This document shows positions 48,775-63,199 of a DNA stretch of 64,000 bases, piece by piece. The first letter of the stretch is position 1; every line of letters starts with the position of its first letter. The translations under genes and the position numbers were made by a program. The stretch comes from Camelus dromedarius (Eukaryota): NCBI RefSeq assembly GCF_036321535.1, contig NC_087437.1, forward strand, positions 89,096,001 to 89,160,000. The letters run 5' to 3'. The notes below the pieces were generated by a model. It ran no database searches. It saw only the letters and a program-made list of their open reading frames with translations, and was not told where the DNA came from.

Positions 48775-51700
48775 TGCAAAACACTCTTGAAGTCTTTTAA
48801 GCCTATGAATTAGCTAACTTCAAATTTTATTTCAAAGACTTTTAAAGTCTCAGAGCCAAAATAAATATTTCGTCTGTGCCACACTGTTTTTCAGCCAGCC
48901 CTAAATGAGTCTCTATCTTGACATGATATTCAAAGTTTATTTTTGCAACATAATAAATGTCTCTTAATATATGGCTTGGTCCTTTATATAATTGTGTATC
49001 ACAAAAAGCAAATCATATATTCCAGAACAAAATAGATTAATAAAAATAATTGGTTGTGGCATGGTTTGCTAAAATAATCATCTTAAGGCAAATATTAGTG
49101 TCGTTCATCACTATCAAAGAAGGATCATCTTCATAAACTATTTCTCATAAATGCCTGATGCTTTTTCATTTGCAAGGGAAGTCTGAGGGAAAGATGTTTT
49201 CTTCCTATTTTATAAACAAAATTAATTTATATAGTATCACTCTAAATTTAGTACTGCTGTATTGTAATCTTTTGAAAAATTCCTTTTCCATTTCTCAGAA
49301 TTTCATGCATTTTAATTTGCTTTTTCTGTGCTTATAAGTGATATAAATAATAATATTCCCCCTTTATCTTCAAATCTTTAAGAAACTTCTAAACTCAAGC
49401 CAATATGGTCTATAAAGTTTTAAAAAATTATACAATAATACTTTTCTACAGCCATGTTTGTAATGTTTCCAAAAAGAGTAATTTAAAAACAAAACAAAAG
49501 CAAATTAAGCAGACACTTAAACATCATCTTTCTTGAAATCAAAGACTCACATTTATGTAACTATAATGCCATATAAGATCAGTTATTCCTGTGAACAAAA
49601 ATGTCCCATTCAGCCATCACCTTATATGCAATGCTAGAGGTATGATGCTCTTGTCTTTAGTTTACAATCTTCTGCATTTACTGTATATCTTCAGAGTCCT
49701 GTAAGGGTCCCAAGAAGAGAATTCTGCTAAGTCAGTATTCACTTCATCAGTGGGGTGGGCTAGGGATTGAAACAAGTAATATGTATTTTTCCATAGTTAA
49801 AATTCTCAGGCATGCCCCAGCTAATGCAAAATGTGATGAGTTTCCAATCATGTGGAATTAATTTCTAGAGAGGATGGGGAGTGACATTAGGTTTCATGAG
49901 GAAATCAGCTAAAAAAGAGCGGTACATGAAAACTTTTCCCCAATTTAGCACTGCAGTGGCCTTTGATGATCACTTAGAGCTCTGCTCATGCAAGGAAAGT
50001 AATATCCAGAAACTAAGCTGTTAGTACTATGAGTGAGATAAATCATTCAAAGATAAGCAATGTATAAAGTTACTGTACCTTCCTGCTCTAAGCTTGGATC
50101 TCTCACCATGGATAATAACAATGACCATTTAATTAATAATTTATTGATAATGATAAGATATTACTAAATCACATTAAAAATTCCTTTTAAATTAATATTT
50201 TTAATCTTTCTTAAAATTACCATTAGTTTTAGGAAAGGGAGAATGATACCCATATATATCCCCAGAGCATCACAGAAGTAGATACTGCAGGGATTAGAGC
50301 TATAGTTTCATCACTTTAGAATTTTAATATAATATAGTTTCTGAATTTTATAAGTAACCATTTGTTAGTTGTTAGAAAACACTATTGAAAATAAAATTTT
50401 TGAGTCTTGAGATTTTTAAACCAGAAAAAATTAATTTCAAAAGTAATATTGATATTTATATTTAAAGATAAAGCATCTTTCATATAATTTTGTTATGAAA
50501 TTTAAATATGCTGTATCTTTATAACTAAATAGCAATAAGAGCTTACCTAAATCCTTAATAGAAAGTCTGTCCTTTTAAAAGTATTAATCTAAACACCTGA
50601 CTCCATAATCCGTGTTAGCAAACTAAATGATAGAATATGTGTAAAACTGCTTTGCTTATGTGAATTCCCCAGGCACAAGGAAGTTCTACACACTGAGTTA
50701 TGCCCAGTTCAGTTATCTAGGCAGTTAGCCAGTCTGTCATTGAAATGTAGAAGTACAGGTTAAGCAACATTCACTGACTTAACTGACAAGATCTTAGTTA
50801 TTCAAATTTGCATGCAATGCCTACTTAGAGATGATTGATCCCTGGATTAATGAAAAGATAACCATAAACACTTTGCCTTGGGGCTCCATATTAGCCAGTC
50901 TTTTTCGATTTGTGGACTTCTGTTTCTTATGCCGTGCCATCTCATATCCTGATCAGACTTTCTGCATGGGATACCTGTGTAGCTAATCTCAGACTGATTC
51001 TCTGGCTCTCCTCTCGCAGGTGCCTGGGCATCTCTCCAATTCTGGCCCATTTTAAGCCTCTCTTGGTCCTGCTCTTCCAGTCTCCATTTAGCTTTGCAGG
51101 TTGCAGCCATCATCCTACGTCAAAACCTACATCTCCCAGAGTTAAAGCATAAGTGCCATTATCCTGGGTCTTATTGAGCCCATTGTTAATTCCACCCTCT
51201 GATATTGCAAAAATTATATATATATTTCCTCTGTAGGAATTATCCATGTTTGCTTTTTTATTTTAATTATTTAAGTAACATAACATCATCAACATTACAT
51301 TTTATTTTGCCCTCTGAATGTTCCTTCAGAGAATAATGGGCTCAAATCTTCCAGAAAACTTTAGAACTTTCCCATAAGCAAATAAATTATTTTCATGTAA
51401 AATAACTTCTTCCATCAATATAGTCAACTATAAAGTTATTGTAGAGTGGAATTTAGGAAATAAAGGGTATGATCCTTCCAAAATTCCCCATCATAGAGCT
51501 GCTGTGGGAAGATAGTACCTATTTTCTGCCCATTGGTATTAAAATACCATTTCCTGTGATTTGTAAATACAATAGATTTACCATGATTAAACTGTGATTT
51601 TTTTTTTAAAGAAATTTGCTTTGTTAATTTTTTTTTTTGGTGCTTACTCAGTTTGACTACAAGTAGTATGTTCTGTTGAGCATAAAATCTTAGTTGTAGT

Positions 51701-52419
51701 TGGTAAAAACTTTTTGCAAGGCGTAGCACAGTATTAGTGGAAAGAAGCTTCACCAGCCTGTTCATCCAGTATCATAATTTCTCAGCTTTCTCTTTCTTCC
51801 TTCTCTGTTATTCCTTGGGAAAGATCAATAACCTCAATTCCAGACCTAATCTAGCCTAAGGCTTGCTTCTCGCTATGACTGAAAACATGAGAAATTAACC
51901 ATTATTGAAATGTGATTTTTTTTAAAAAGTATAATATCTATATAAAATTCCTAGTCAAAAGTGCTTAAGAAATAAATTTCAGGGATAAGGAATGTTCTTT
52001 TTTGTTTTGTTTTGATTTTTCTTCTACTATTTTGTATATTTTCTGAATGCTCTATCTTAAAAATATAATATTAAAAATCAGCAAGTTTAGCTCTCCCTAA
52101 TGAAAATGTTTAATAATGTTACCTTTTAAAAAAATGTTTGGTTTATATATTTGAATTCTAAAGTCATCTTGAAACAACAAATAAAACAATACATGCTGAA
52201 AATTCAAAGTCAAACCAGAAGTCTAAAGAAATTCTTGATGTCTATATTAGTTATGTCTTTCACACAATATATTTACCATAACTGCCAAAATGCAAAGTAG
52301 CTGTATGTTTTATTATCTTCATGGAGATATAGAAGTAAAATATTTCTTTTTATTTTTAGAGTTTTATCTTACTTTTAATATAATTTATTTATTTGTATAT
52401 TTATACAATTTATTATTTT

Positions 52420-53755
52420 GCTTTTAAATAGAATTTATTTTCAGAACAGTTTTCGGGTCCTGGCATACATGAGCAGGAAGTGCAGAGTTCCCTTATACCC
52501 CTTTCCCCTTCCACAAACACTCTGAGCTTCCCACATTATTTACATCTTGCCCCACAGTGGTACATTTGTTTTAATTGACGAGCCTTCATAGATTCTCATA
52601 TCATCTAAAGTCTGTAGTTCACATTAGGGTTTCACTGTTGGTGGTGTGTGTTCTTTGGGTTTTGACAAAGGTATAATGACATATATCCCTCATTATGGTA
52701 TCAAACACCATAGTTTCAATGCCCTAAAAATTCTCTTGTGCTCCACCTATTCATTCCTCCCTCTTTCCCTCCTGTTCCCAGGAGACCAATGATCTTTTGC
52801 TATTTCTGTAGTTTTGCCTTTTCCAGAGTGTTGTATAACTGGAATCAGGCAGTATTTAACCTCTTCAGATTGGCTTCTTTAATTTAGTACTAAGCATTTA
52901 AGCTTCCTTTGTGTCCTTTCGTGGCTTGATTTATTTTTAAATAGATTCATTTATTTTTAGCAATAAATAATATTCTATTGTTTGCATGTACTTTAGTTTG
53001 TTTATCCATTCATCTATTGATGGACATCTTGGTTGCTTCCAAATTTTGGCAGTTATGAATAAATCTGCTATTAACATCCATGTACAGGTTTTGTGTGGAC
53101 ATAAAACTTCAACTTCTTTGGGTAAATACCAAGGAGTGTAATTGCTAAATCATTTGGTGAGTATGTTTTGTAAGAAACTACCAAACTGTTTTCCAAAGTA
53201 GCTGTACCATTTTACATCCCCACCAGCAATAAGTAAGAGTGCCTGTTACTCTTCCCTCTTGCCAATATTTGGTGTTGTCAGTGTTCTTGATTTTGGCCAT
53301 TCTAATATAAATGTGGTGGTATCTCATTTTGCTTTATTTCACATTTTGCTGATGACTTAAGATTTGAAGCATCTTTTCATGTTTGCTATCTGTTCATTTT
53401 CTTTGGTGAGATGTCTGTTAGGGTCTATTTTTAATTAAACTTTTTATTGGTTGTTGTTGAGTTTTAAGACTTGTATATTTTGGATAACATTTTTTTATCA
53501 GATGTGTCTTTCACAAGTATTTTCTTCCAGTCTATGTCTTGTCTTCTCCTTCTCTTGACCGTATATTTCATTGAGCAGAAGTTTTTAATTTTAATGAAGT
53601 CCAGCTCATCAGTGATTTCTTTCACAGATCTTGCCTTTGTTGTTTTATATAAAAAGCCATTGTCAAACTCAAGGTCATCTAGGTTTTCTTCTATGTTATA
53701 TTTCAGAATTTTATAGTTTTGTATTTTGCATTTAGATCTATGATCCACTTGGAGC
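52420..53755 (-). mobile_element. L1MC/MB-like 3' end (3'UTR plus ORF2 C-terminus)
   Basis: ORF 53464-53760 (…IDELDFIKIKNFCS… type) and L1M 3'UTR. Confidence 0.9.
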
Positions 53756-53830
53756 AACATTTACCTTTTTACACATGTAGAAAGTAAATATCCCCTAATG
53801 AGCAACAAGAATTTAATAAGTGAATATAAG

Positions 53831-54230
53831 TGTTGGGCTTTACTCACCCAGCTTTAAGAACAAAGAAAGAGCCCGGAGTGAGTGACAGAGACATCAGTGG
53901 TTTAATGGATAGTGGGATCTTAAATGTCTGAACCAAGGTTCTGGAGCAACTCCCCACCACTGTGTGTGGTGGGTGGTGAGCAGGAGAAAGCAGGGGGTGG
54001 TTACCAGTTATAGGGGGACTTAGGTCAGGTTGGCTGATTGGTTACCAGGGAAACCAACATAGGGGCATGCCGCTCACCGCCTGTTTGATAAGAACAATCT
54101 CTAGCTGGGGCACAGGCAAGTATATAGGAAGGTCAGTCATTTGAGTAAGGTATAGGTGAAGCTGGCACTGGTTGAGCAGGGAATGAACAGAGAGCAAGAG
54201 AACAGACATCTTGGGTGGCCTGACAATACA
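53831..54230 (-). mobile_element. Solo ERV LTR, 400 bp
   Basis: TG…CA termini; perfect 5-bp TSD ATAAG (53826-53830, 54231-54235); CCAAT, TATAA and ATTAAA in order on the minus strand. Confidence 0.9.
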
Positions 54231-55699
54231 ATAAGAAATTGAAAAACTATGAACATTTACTTTTAAATCACAATGATACTGATAATCACCAATATTATAT
54301 ACAAATGTATGAATTTCCAAAAAGGGGGTTCTACAAGACTTACTTATATTACAGAGACAGAAATATCTAGTAAAATAGTATAACTTAGAAAATACATTTT
54401 TACTACTAATGTCCAAATATCAGGAAAACCTTTTCACCTTACACATTCAACAGCACGTACAAAGTTGTAATTTGACATTTTATGTTGTATAAATTAACTT
54501 TCGTTTCTTTTTAGATGTAAAAATGAGTAAATAAAGAACAAAATAAGAGTAGATTTTGGCACTTGTTTACTCAAGAACTTGTGTTCAACAACAATTATTT
54601 AAGGATAAAATCAATTCAGCCAAGTGTATTCCTCAGTACATGTAATCTTCCAGAGAACCTAGTTGTAAGTCCATCTACTCATTGTGAAACTATTATCACT
54701 CTTCCTGAAATTTCTATGTCCAAGGGCAATCGTAATATCTATAAACAATCAAAGTAATAAGTAAAGACACAGTGCAGCCCGGACAATTTAGACCTAAAAA
54801 CCCATTTTCTATAGAAAAAACTATAATCTCTGTCAAATGATTAGTTTGCAAACCACCTCACACAATTTGAGAAGGAAATCTTTAGAATTGTTGGCTATAA
54901 CTATTTTGAAAACTCTATAACTTCTTTGAAAATTTTCCCAGCAGGAAACAGATTTATCCTTACCGTCTTTGAAGCTAGAAAGGCTAAAGGGTAAATATCC
55001 TGTTTCTTATGTACATGAAATGATTAAATGTCAAAGTAAAGGTGATTCAAATCTCAAAGATAATTCCGTTTCTTCTTCCCTCATCGTCATACACCTGTCC
55101 ATTACTTTATTTACATATAGAATTATATAAAACTTATTCTTATGAGAGAAAACATTCTCATACAGCAGTAGTTGCTACAATATTTATGGGATGAAGTGCA
55201 CATAGACTGGTAAAAATGACTCTTTTGAGAGAAAGACTGTATGTTTGGAGCCTCATTTTTAATTAAAAGAAACTATGAATCTCTTTAATAATTCCACAAT
55301 AGATTTTATAATTATCAGTTTCTGCAGCTTTATCTCAATAGCCTACATAATTTTTGTGAAATGTTATGAGCATGAACAATAAGCTGTTCTTTTTTTAAAT
55401 CTATTTTTATATATAGTAGCTAACATTTGCAAATCTCAAACTCCCAAATTTATTAACTATTCTAAGTGCTATTATTTATTTTTATTTATAAGAAAATGTT
55501 GTAAGTATATTTGAGCATACGGATATGATACAAAATATACACATTTAAGAGATTTATTTGCAATGATGAATCCATTTGTTCTATATTCTTTATTTTTATA
55601 AATTGCAGTGATGAATTGCTCAATTCCTGACTTGTTTCAGGAAAACATTAAAAAAAAAACTAAGAAACATTTAGAGAAAAGCAATCAAAATAATAAATA

Positions 55700-56010
55700 T
55701 TTTGAAAATATGTCTTATGAGAAATTGTTGAATGAATATGAATTAAAACCACCAACTCTTCCTGAGGGGAAGAAAGGGGACCAGTGGGTAGACGTTTAAA
55801 GGAGTTATTTCTTTCATAACATATAGGTAAACTTACTTAAAGTCTTTTTTAAGATACAGTAGTATCTTAAAAAAGTTGTAAGCTACCCATTACTAAAAAT
55901 GTTAAAGCACAACCTAGATAACTATTTGTTATAAATGGTGTAGGATTGATTCATCAACTAAAGTTGCATTAGGTGACCTCTAAGAGATGTCAAAAATTCT
56001 AGGATTGTAT
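55700..56010 (+). mobile_element. L3/CR1 3' fragment
   Basis: gtaagctacccattactaaaaatgttaaagcacaacctagataac…taggtgacctctaag…ttctaggatt resembles the CR1/L3 tail. Confidence 0.55.
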
Positions 56011-59000
56011 CAATTAAATTATATATAGATACAGTCTAAAAATATTTTTTGAGTTCCATTAATGTGTGCTAAACAGAAACACAAGATTCAGACAAGTATT
56101 AATGGGCTATTAAATCATGCCCTGTGGTGTCTTTAAATGGCATACCTTTTAGACTTACATTTAATTAAAAATTAAAGGCTATTTTTGGCTATTGAACCTG
56201 TTCTTCCATCAGAAAGAAACTTCAGAAAAAGTAATATTATTCCCTTGTTAAATGTTCAGCACCAGTTAGATTTTTTCATACCGCTAGCCACCTGCTCCCA
56301 GAGTTCTAATTCTAGAGCCCTATTTTGTTTGCATAATACTTTTTTGCTTTGAGACTAGTTTATGGTAATACTTTTATATTCAGATAAGCTCAAAGGCCAT
56401 TACAATTTTAAATAGATTTATAATCTATACATAGAAACACAGTTCTTTCACATCCTCTTGTTAAGGCAGTATTCAAAAGAGCAAAACTTTATGATGAATG
56501 GAGGAATTTGCAATTTTTATAAGCTTGACTTGTATTCATACCAATGATGTATCATTTGCAGTTAATGTAATATAATCACCTAAATGGTTACCAATGTTTT
56601 ATTTGCAAGATAAGATTATGAAAATTTCTGTAATAATATTTTTAAGAGATTTGAGGCAGAGGGAAGAATCCTGAATCTATAAGTTTCTGAAAAGATTGTA
56701 TTGAGAATGCAATTCAATTGTAAATTATTTGTATAAATCTTCTGGAAGTTCAACTGTTGATGGATTAAGGAATGGAAGAGTAAAAAGAATAAAAATTAAT
56801 ATAATTCAAAAAGAAAATGATTAGTTCCACAAAGATAGGCTGAATTCAAAATCTGAATTTGGGTATAGAAATGTCTTTTGTGGAGGGATGTTGAAGAATG
56901 CCAGGTGTAGCAAAACTTTGGTCCTATAAACCTTAAAAGGCATCACTAAAATGGTTCTAGTTGAATGAACTCTGATTTGACATTCAAGAGGCAATCTACC
57001 AAGTAATGACTATGTGAATTTTGCTGGGACAATAACTTCACATGCTTGTGCTGTGTTTTCTCCAACATAGAAGAATTTGATTACTGTTACAGCCATAGAA
57101 CAAAAGCTTGAGATTTGCCAAGTTATTAATTTTTGAAAGTCATTCAAAACTCCTGATTTGATGACAAACCAGATCTCTAAAAAGAGAGAACATTATAAAT
57201 AAAACTGTATTAAATAAGAAAAAGGTGATAAACTATGAGAATATTTTTTAAATTCTCCTAGTATGCTCCAGATGGGTCTGAAATGTGGTTACATATTAGC
57301 ACTGAGATAAATTACAGTATCTCTTTTTTCTGATTTGAAATTTGTGGGCATTTGAAAATGAAAAAACAAAACAAAACAAAACAGTCAGTTGTACTAAATT
57401 TATAAAACTTAGAAAAGTTATTGAATTGGTTAAAATTTCCAGCATTAAATTAGGAACATGAGACATCCCTTCCATTCAGAAAATGCATAATCTTGCAGGA
57501 AAGATAAACCGTGTGGATCCAAAATAAATATTACTCATTTGGAGGCAATCTAGACATCTGGAATTTCAGAAAAAGAAAGCTGATATTCTATGGAATCATT
57601 TAGCTGAGAAAAGGGGTATAATTGCTGCAAAAAACAAAGTGCTTTTTTGTAATTTAATAAGTTTTAAATTATCACTATACCTTTATTATTTTAGAAATAT
57701 CTTCTAGTTAATTTGTAATAAGGAAGAGCATTAGATTTTCATATAAATGAAAGAACCAGTGTATCACTACATATCCAATTCTTTTTGTTTTCATGTCACT
57801 ACAGTGTAGTGCTACTTCAGTCTACAAATATTCTTATGAGCACCAAATGATTTTGTTCTTCAGTGTTTTGAAATTTGGGTCGTTCAAGTAACTTTACATA
57901 CACATCACTGACAGAGTTTGACCGGTAGAGGGAGCCATTATCTACATAGTCTAAAATTTGAAACAAAGTGCTCTATGCTTGTAAAAGAAACAATCACAGA
58001 AACTTGAAGTCAATTTAGCAAACCCTTTTTAAATTAAAAGGAAAATAATAAACCACGTAAATGGGTTTAACAACTTTTTATTTAAAAACAGTTCTAAAAT
58101 TAAGTTTATCGTAATTCCTTTTGATGCAGTAAATGAACACATTTTATAATTTGCATGCTGGTTTTAATCTTGCTTCAATTTATCAAATGTCAATAACACT
58201 AAAGGAAGTGTATAAATAGATATTGTGTCAGTATTTTCTTCTTTTCATATTATTGTTATACCTATTTAGCTTCATTACTTACCAAGAAAATTTCAAACTA
58301 CACAGCTTCCATACTCATATTATCTAGTCACTTGAAAAACATGTCCTAACTTCTAGAAGACCTCTGAATTTCTTTGTTAGTAACTGTGAGAGTATATTGG
58401 AAATTCTTTTTTGATGGAGTATGATATATTTAGTAGACTGGTTTGTTTCTTAAAAAATAGAATTAGGAATCTGTGTTTGCCCGTATGTTGACACCTTTGT
58501 AACATTAGCTGTGGTATTTAAAGTTTCTGTATTTATTTAAAAGAGATGTTTAAATAATTACTCATGAAGACCTCTAAAATGACCCACGTAATTTGGTATA
58601 GCACAGCTTGACACAAACTTAAAATAAGTTTATAATTGAAAGTCTCCACACGCCTACAACTCCAAAAGCTCAGTTTGCTTCCCATAATGATACATGAATT
58701 AATAGCTGTATCAATCAAAGAAAAACATCTTGTGACTGTTTACTTTTAAGCAGTATTTCGTCAGAGATTACACACAGCTCCTCACTTGTCACAGTCCTTA
58801 TTATCCTTACTATTTAGTAGAGTCCTTACTGTGTCATGGGGGTGATAGCTATTTAAACATGGCCCTGGTTTGTAACAGAACTTAGGGTCTAGATTAGTAG
58901 TTCATCAAGTAGATACTAACATATGCCAGGCACTGTGCTAGTAGAGATCATCTGTTGCTATAGGACAGGCCAAAACAAGGGTCCACAGCTTCATCTTTCA

Positions 59001-59069
59001 TGTAGGCTATATACTAAGAAATCAGCTAACTTGGTGTTACCTGGCAGGAGAGGAGTCTATATCGTTGCC

Positions 59070-59230
59070 ACTCAGTGCGTACTCCACCATCCAGTAGCAC
59101 CTGCCTCCCCTGGGACCTTATTACAGCCCTCCTCTCAGGCCCCATCCAAGAGCTACTGCACCAGAATCTGCATGTTAATAAGATCCCCAGATACTTCAAA
59201 CACACGTTACATTTTGAGAAGAACAGGGAC
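59070..59230. mobile_element. MER5A-like hAT element
   Basis: caggccccatcc…ccagaatctgcatgttaataagatccccagat…ttttgagaagaac. Confidence 0.75.
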
Positions 59231-61639
59231 ACACCATCTCTTTGCAAAGATTTCCCCGGAACACAGGGGACCCCGAGACTTCTGGTGTCTCTAGTGTTAA
59301 GAAATATCCATGACTTTGAAGCCAGGTAGTTTTGGAAAACTGCAAGAAAGTCTTCCGGTTCTTAGATGACCTGCCAGTGCTTAGGAATTCTACTATAAAT
59401 CATGACTTGAAGGGGGTGACATAGAGTATGTCTGCAGTTTTACATATGCTGGGTTTAATTCTAAAATCACCGAACTGTTATTTTTTAGTTATCCTATCTT
59501 TTTCAGTATTAAAAAGGTTATTTAGAAATGTATCTAAGACCATTCTCCACATATGTTTGTGTTTTTTTTTCTTATATGTCTGCAAAACTTTTTGATTTAG
59601 ATCGTCACTATAATATAAACAACTTATATTTGTGATGTAATGGGAAGTGAAAATATATCAGAAGGTGTAAAAAACTTCATAACATCATTGAAAAAAACCC
59701 AGTATATACACTTTGATGTAACAAAGCTGGCAAGGAGTTAAACACCACTAGCTGCTCCTTGGCAGCAGAGGAGGAGAGTCAGCTGATAGAATAGTGTGAT
59801 TACTTGCTAGCCCCAGACTCGCACTCAGCTGACAGGGTAATCATCCTCCTGTTCAGCAGTTTTTGACGCCTGTTTATACTTGGCCGAATTATATCTTCAA
59901 TGTCCCAAGCAGTCTCACCTTTATTATGATACAACATGAACAGACAGAGGAATCAAAATCATGATGTAGAACTAGCAAAGAAAATGAAAGCCGATGCCTC
60001 TGGATAGAGTGGCTCTGTGTTACTTGCAGTGTAAGTGGTGACCTCAACCAGTGCACATCCTCACAGAGACTCGTGAGAAGCTGTAGAGAATAACCAGGAG
60101 AAAGCTAGTGACTCTGTTGCCTAAAGTGTCCCGAGGTGGTAGACACCTCTGTCATGGGTACCAGTATGTGGGCTGTGTGTGCACGAGACTAATGTCCCCT
60201 GTCTCCCTGCCTTGGCCATTATCACAATTCAGTCTTGGGGAATCAGTGTCATATCATGGATGAGATGGAAGAATCAGCTACTTTGAGTACAGGTATGGAA
60301 TCTGAGGTTCAGCAGGGCTAGGAAACTTGTCTCTGGTATAAAGTCAGTGTGCAGCAGGACTGGCAGTCAAATCAAAGATTCATTGAGGGCCAGCTTTCTG
60401 CCACATTCACCTCAAAGACTGCCTTCTTAAAATATAGATTTTATTTTTCCTTCAAGGCATCCCTCTTAACATAACTTTGAGACTGGAAAGTTAGGGAAAA
60501 TGCTTCATACGTTAGACACTCTGGAACTTTAGACTAATTTGATTGATGGAATAATTATTGAGTGTCTACCATATTCAAGACTGTGTAAGATACATAGATG
60601 AGAAAGATGGCCCCTCTGTCTCACTGAGCTGATATATATGCGAAGGCTAAGGGTTGTCACCAGGCTGCACAAACCGACCAGTTCTCTCTGGTAGGAGGTT
60701 ACAGCAGCCTGTCATAAGCCGCAGTGGGAGAATGCACCTCTCTCTTATTCTTCACACCTATACCTATAGGGCTGCACACACCCCTAGGAATCACACATTC
60801 TCTGAGCACAGAAACAGGACTTTCTGACTAAGATGTGGTTCCCTGGAAAATAGACCGTTGTCCTTTGCCAACTAGACTATCTACTTGACTTTGAAAGGAA
60901 CAGGCTAGGGAAATACTGAAATTCTGAGCATAGTAATTCTAAGTATTGTATTGTTGAAATTCCATCAAGAACCAGACTTTTAACAAACACCACCATCACT
61001 ATATACCTTTTATTTTGCCAAACATTGGGTTTTGCAAAATTAAAAAAAAAGTTACCTCAGCAATTTAAGATATGTATATTATTTTTAAAACTGCAAGTTA
61101 AAGAAAAAAAATCCAATGTTTAGACCTTTGATCTCATTCCTTTCCCCTGTTGGTAAAATGATTAGTAGCAAACATCAGCTTCCCACTCAAATGTACACAT
61201 GCGCCCTACTGTTTTTGCAAGAGCATAAAAGTATAATTCTTACAGAGAAAAATCATAAACCTCTTATTGTATCATTTTCTTCCTTCACCAAAATCAAATA
61301 GAAAGAGAATGGGAAGAAGATTGCCATTATTAGGGATTTTTAGCTCTAAAAAGTGCTTCAGCACATGCTGGAGAAATTCCAGTCTCTCCCATTAGAATGC
61401 TGTTGTTTTAAACCGTTAAGATGCTCACATTGAGAATCAAGTGTCGATCATTTTAACACTCCCATCACATAAAGGATGAGAGTTTAGCTTAGAGGGGAAG
61501 GGAAAGGGGAGTTAGTTAATAAAGAAACAAATGAAGACACACAGGAACAGTGTAGAAGGATTGTGCATGGTAAAATCATTCCTATGCATTGCATAAAAAA
61601 ATCAACAGTGCCCACGTACATAGCAATAGGATAAAATTT

Positions 61640-62410
61640 CATTTTAGATGCTGCCATTATCTCTGTGTTCAGTCCAGGTCCTCATCTCTCACTTGAAATA
61701 CTGCTTCAGTTTCCTGACTGGCTGCATCGCTACAAGCCTCTCACTAGTCAAATCCGTCTGATAAATTGCCACAAAAGAGTCTCCCTAAAAACATAATTCA
61801 TCACATAACTTCCTGGTTTTAAAATAGCTCTTTCCTGTCCCTTGTCGATGGGATAAATTCCCACTTATTCCTAGGCTTGAACGTCATTTGCGACCTTGCT
61901 GCAGCTCTGTGTCAAGCTTTATGTTTTCTCTGCCGTTACTTCAGCTCTCCTCCTGCTTTCTACGAGGCAGGCTCCCAGGACTCAGCCTTTCAATCTTTCA
62001 CACTCAAGCTAGGCAGCATTTAGTACCTCCAGAAGCTTTTCTTCCCCCCTCAACCTGGAATGGTCTTTCTCCTTTTCTTTCTCTCTTTTTAACAAACTCC
62101 CAGTTTTCAGTGCCCATCTGCCTTTAAAGCAAGCTAGTGAGAAAGAATCCCATGGTAACAGTGCTCCTCCTCTTCAAGTCCTGACTTCACTCAGTGTTGT
62201 GTAGCCTGCAGCATCTGTATCTGCCACAGTCACTACAAGATGCTATTACACAAATTTCCCAATGTCCTCATCTATTTCTTATACTGGAGAAGAGAGTGTC
62301 CGTGTCTTGTCTACTTTTTCTATTTCCAGTTTTCATTACCAAACTCAGTGTCAAGCATATGGTTGTTTCTCAATAATGAATTGCTCAAGGAAAAATGAGT
62401 GAATGACTGT
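61640..62410 (+). mobile_element. L2 3' region
   Basis: Pyrimidine-rich L2 pattern (…cctggaatggtctttctcc…) ending ctcaataa…atgagtgaatga. Confidence 0.7.
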
Positions 62411-63199
62411 AATCAGGCTGTGCAAGCCCATTCATAAAATTCAACAGTTCACCTTTTTCCAATGCATTAGCACAGTATTTTGCAGCTCAAATTATACTCC
62501 AGATTTTATTTAAATGCACAACTACACATTTTGTTTAAATGCAATACAATGTTTATTGGCTGTTTCTGGTGGATGATGTTTATTCCTTCTTTTGACTGAG
62601 AAACAGCACTGTGAAAATGCCTTCTATCCATCTAGATCCCTACTAGAGTAGCAATGGGAAATTTTCTACTATTGCAAAATAAATAATTGCCACGTGGCTT
62701 CTTTGATTTCTGTATAACTGTCTACACTGTTTTGCAAAATTATGATTAATAAACCTCCACTGATATCATAAAATATTCTGTTGTATCTCCCAAATTATTA
62801 TACACTAAGCACATGTATTGAATTATCTTTCACCAACCAAGTAGAAATTTCAAATCAAATTAAGTGAGATTATGAAGTTTTATCCTACTCCCTTTGTGTG
62901 TGCTTTTATGGTTAATAAATAACCTCGACGTCCTTTGCAAAGACTTATTGATCCAGCCATTTACTAATGGGATGGATTAAACTTGAGGTTCATTTACCAT
63001 TAAACAGATTTCAGAAAACCAGGGAACCTACATTTTTTCATCACCAGACCCCATGATTCACCTGTGTAACATAAGTCCAGGCTACATTTTCTTAGAAACT
63101 TTTTGACTAAAATTAGTGTATTCCCTACAGAAAAGTTTGGCTACAAGTAATCATAATAGTGTCTGTCTAGTGACACCACTCCCTTCAGAAGCGTTTAAA

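Noticed and set aside
54042..54416. 124-aa ORF as a CDS
   Set aside because: Non-ATG start, runs from AT-rich flank into an LTR, no protein-like features
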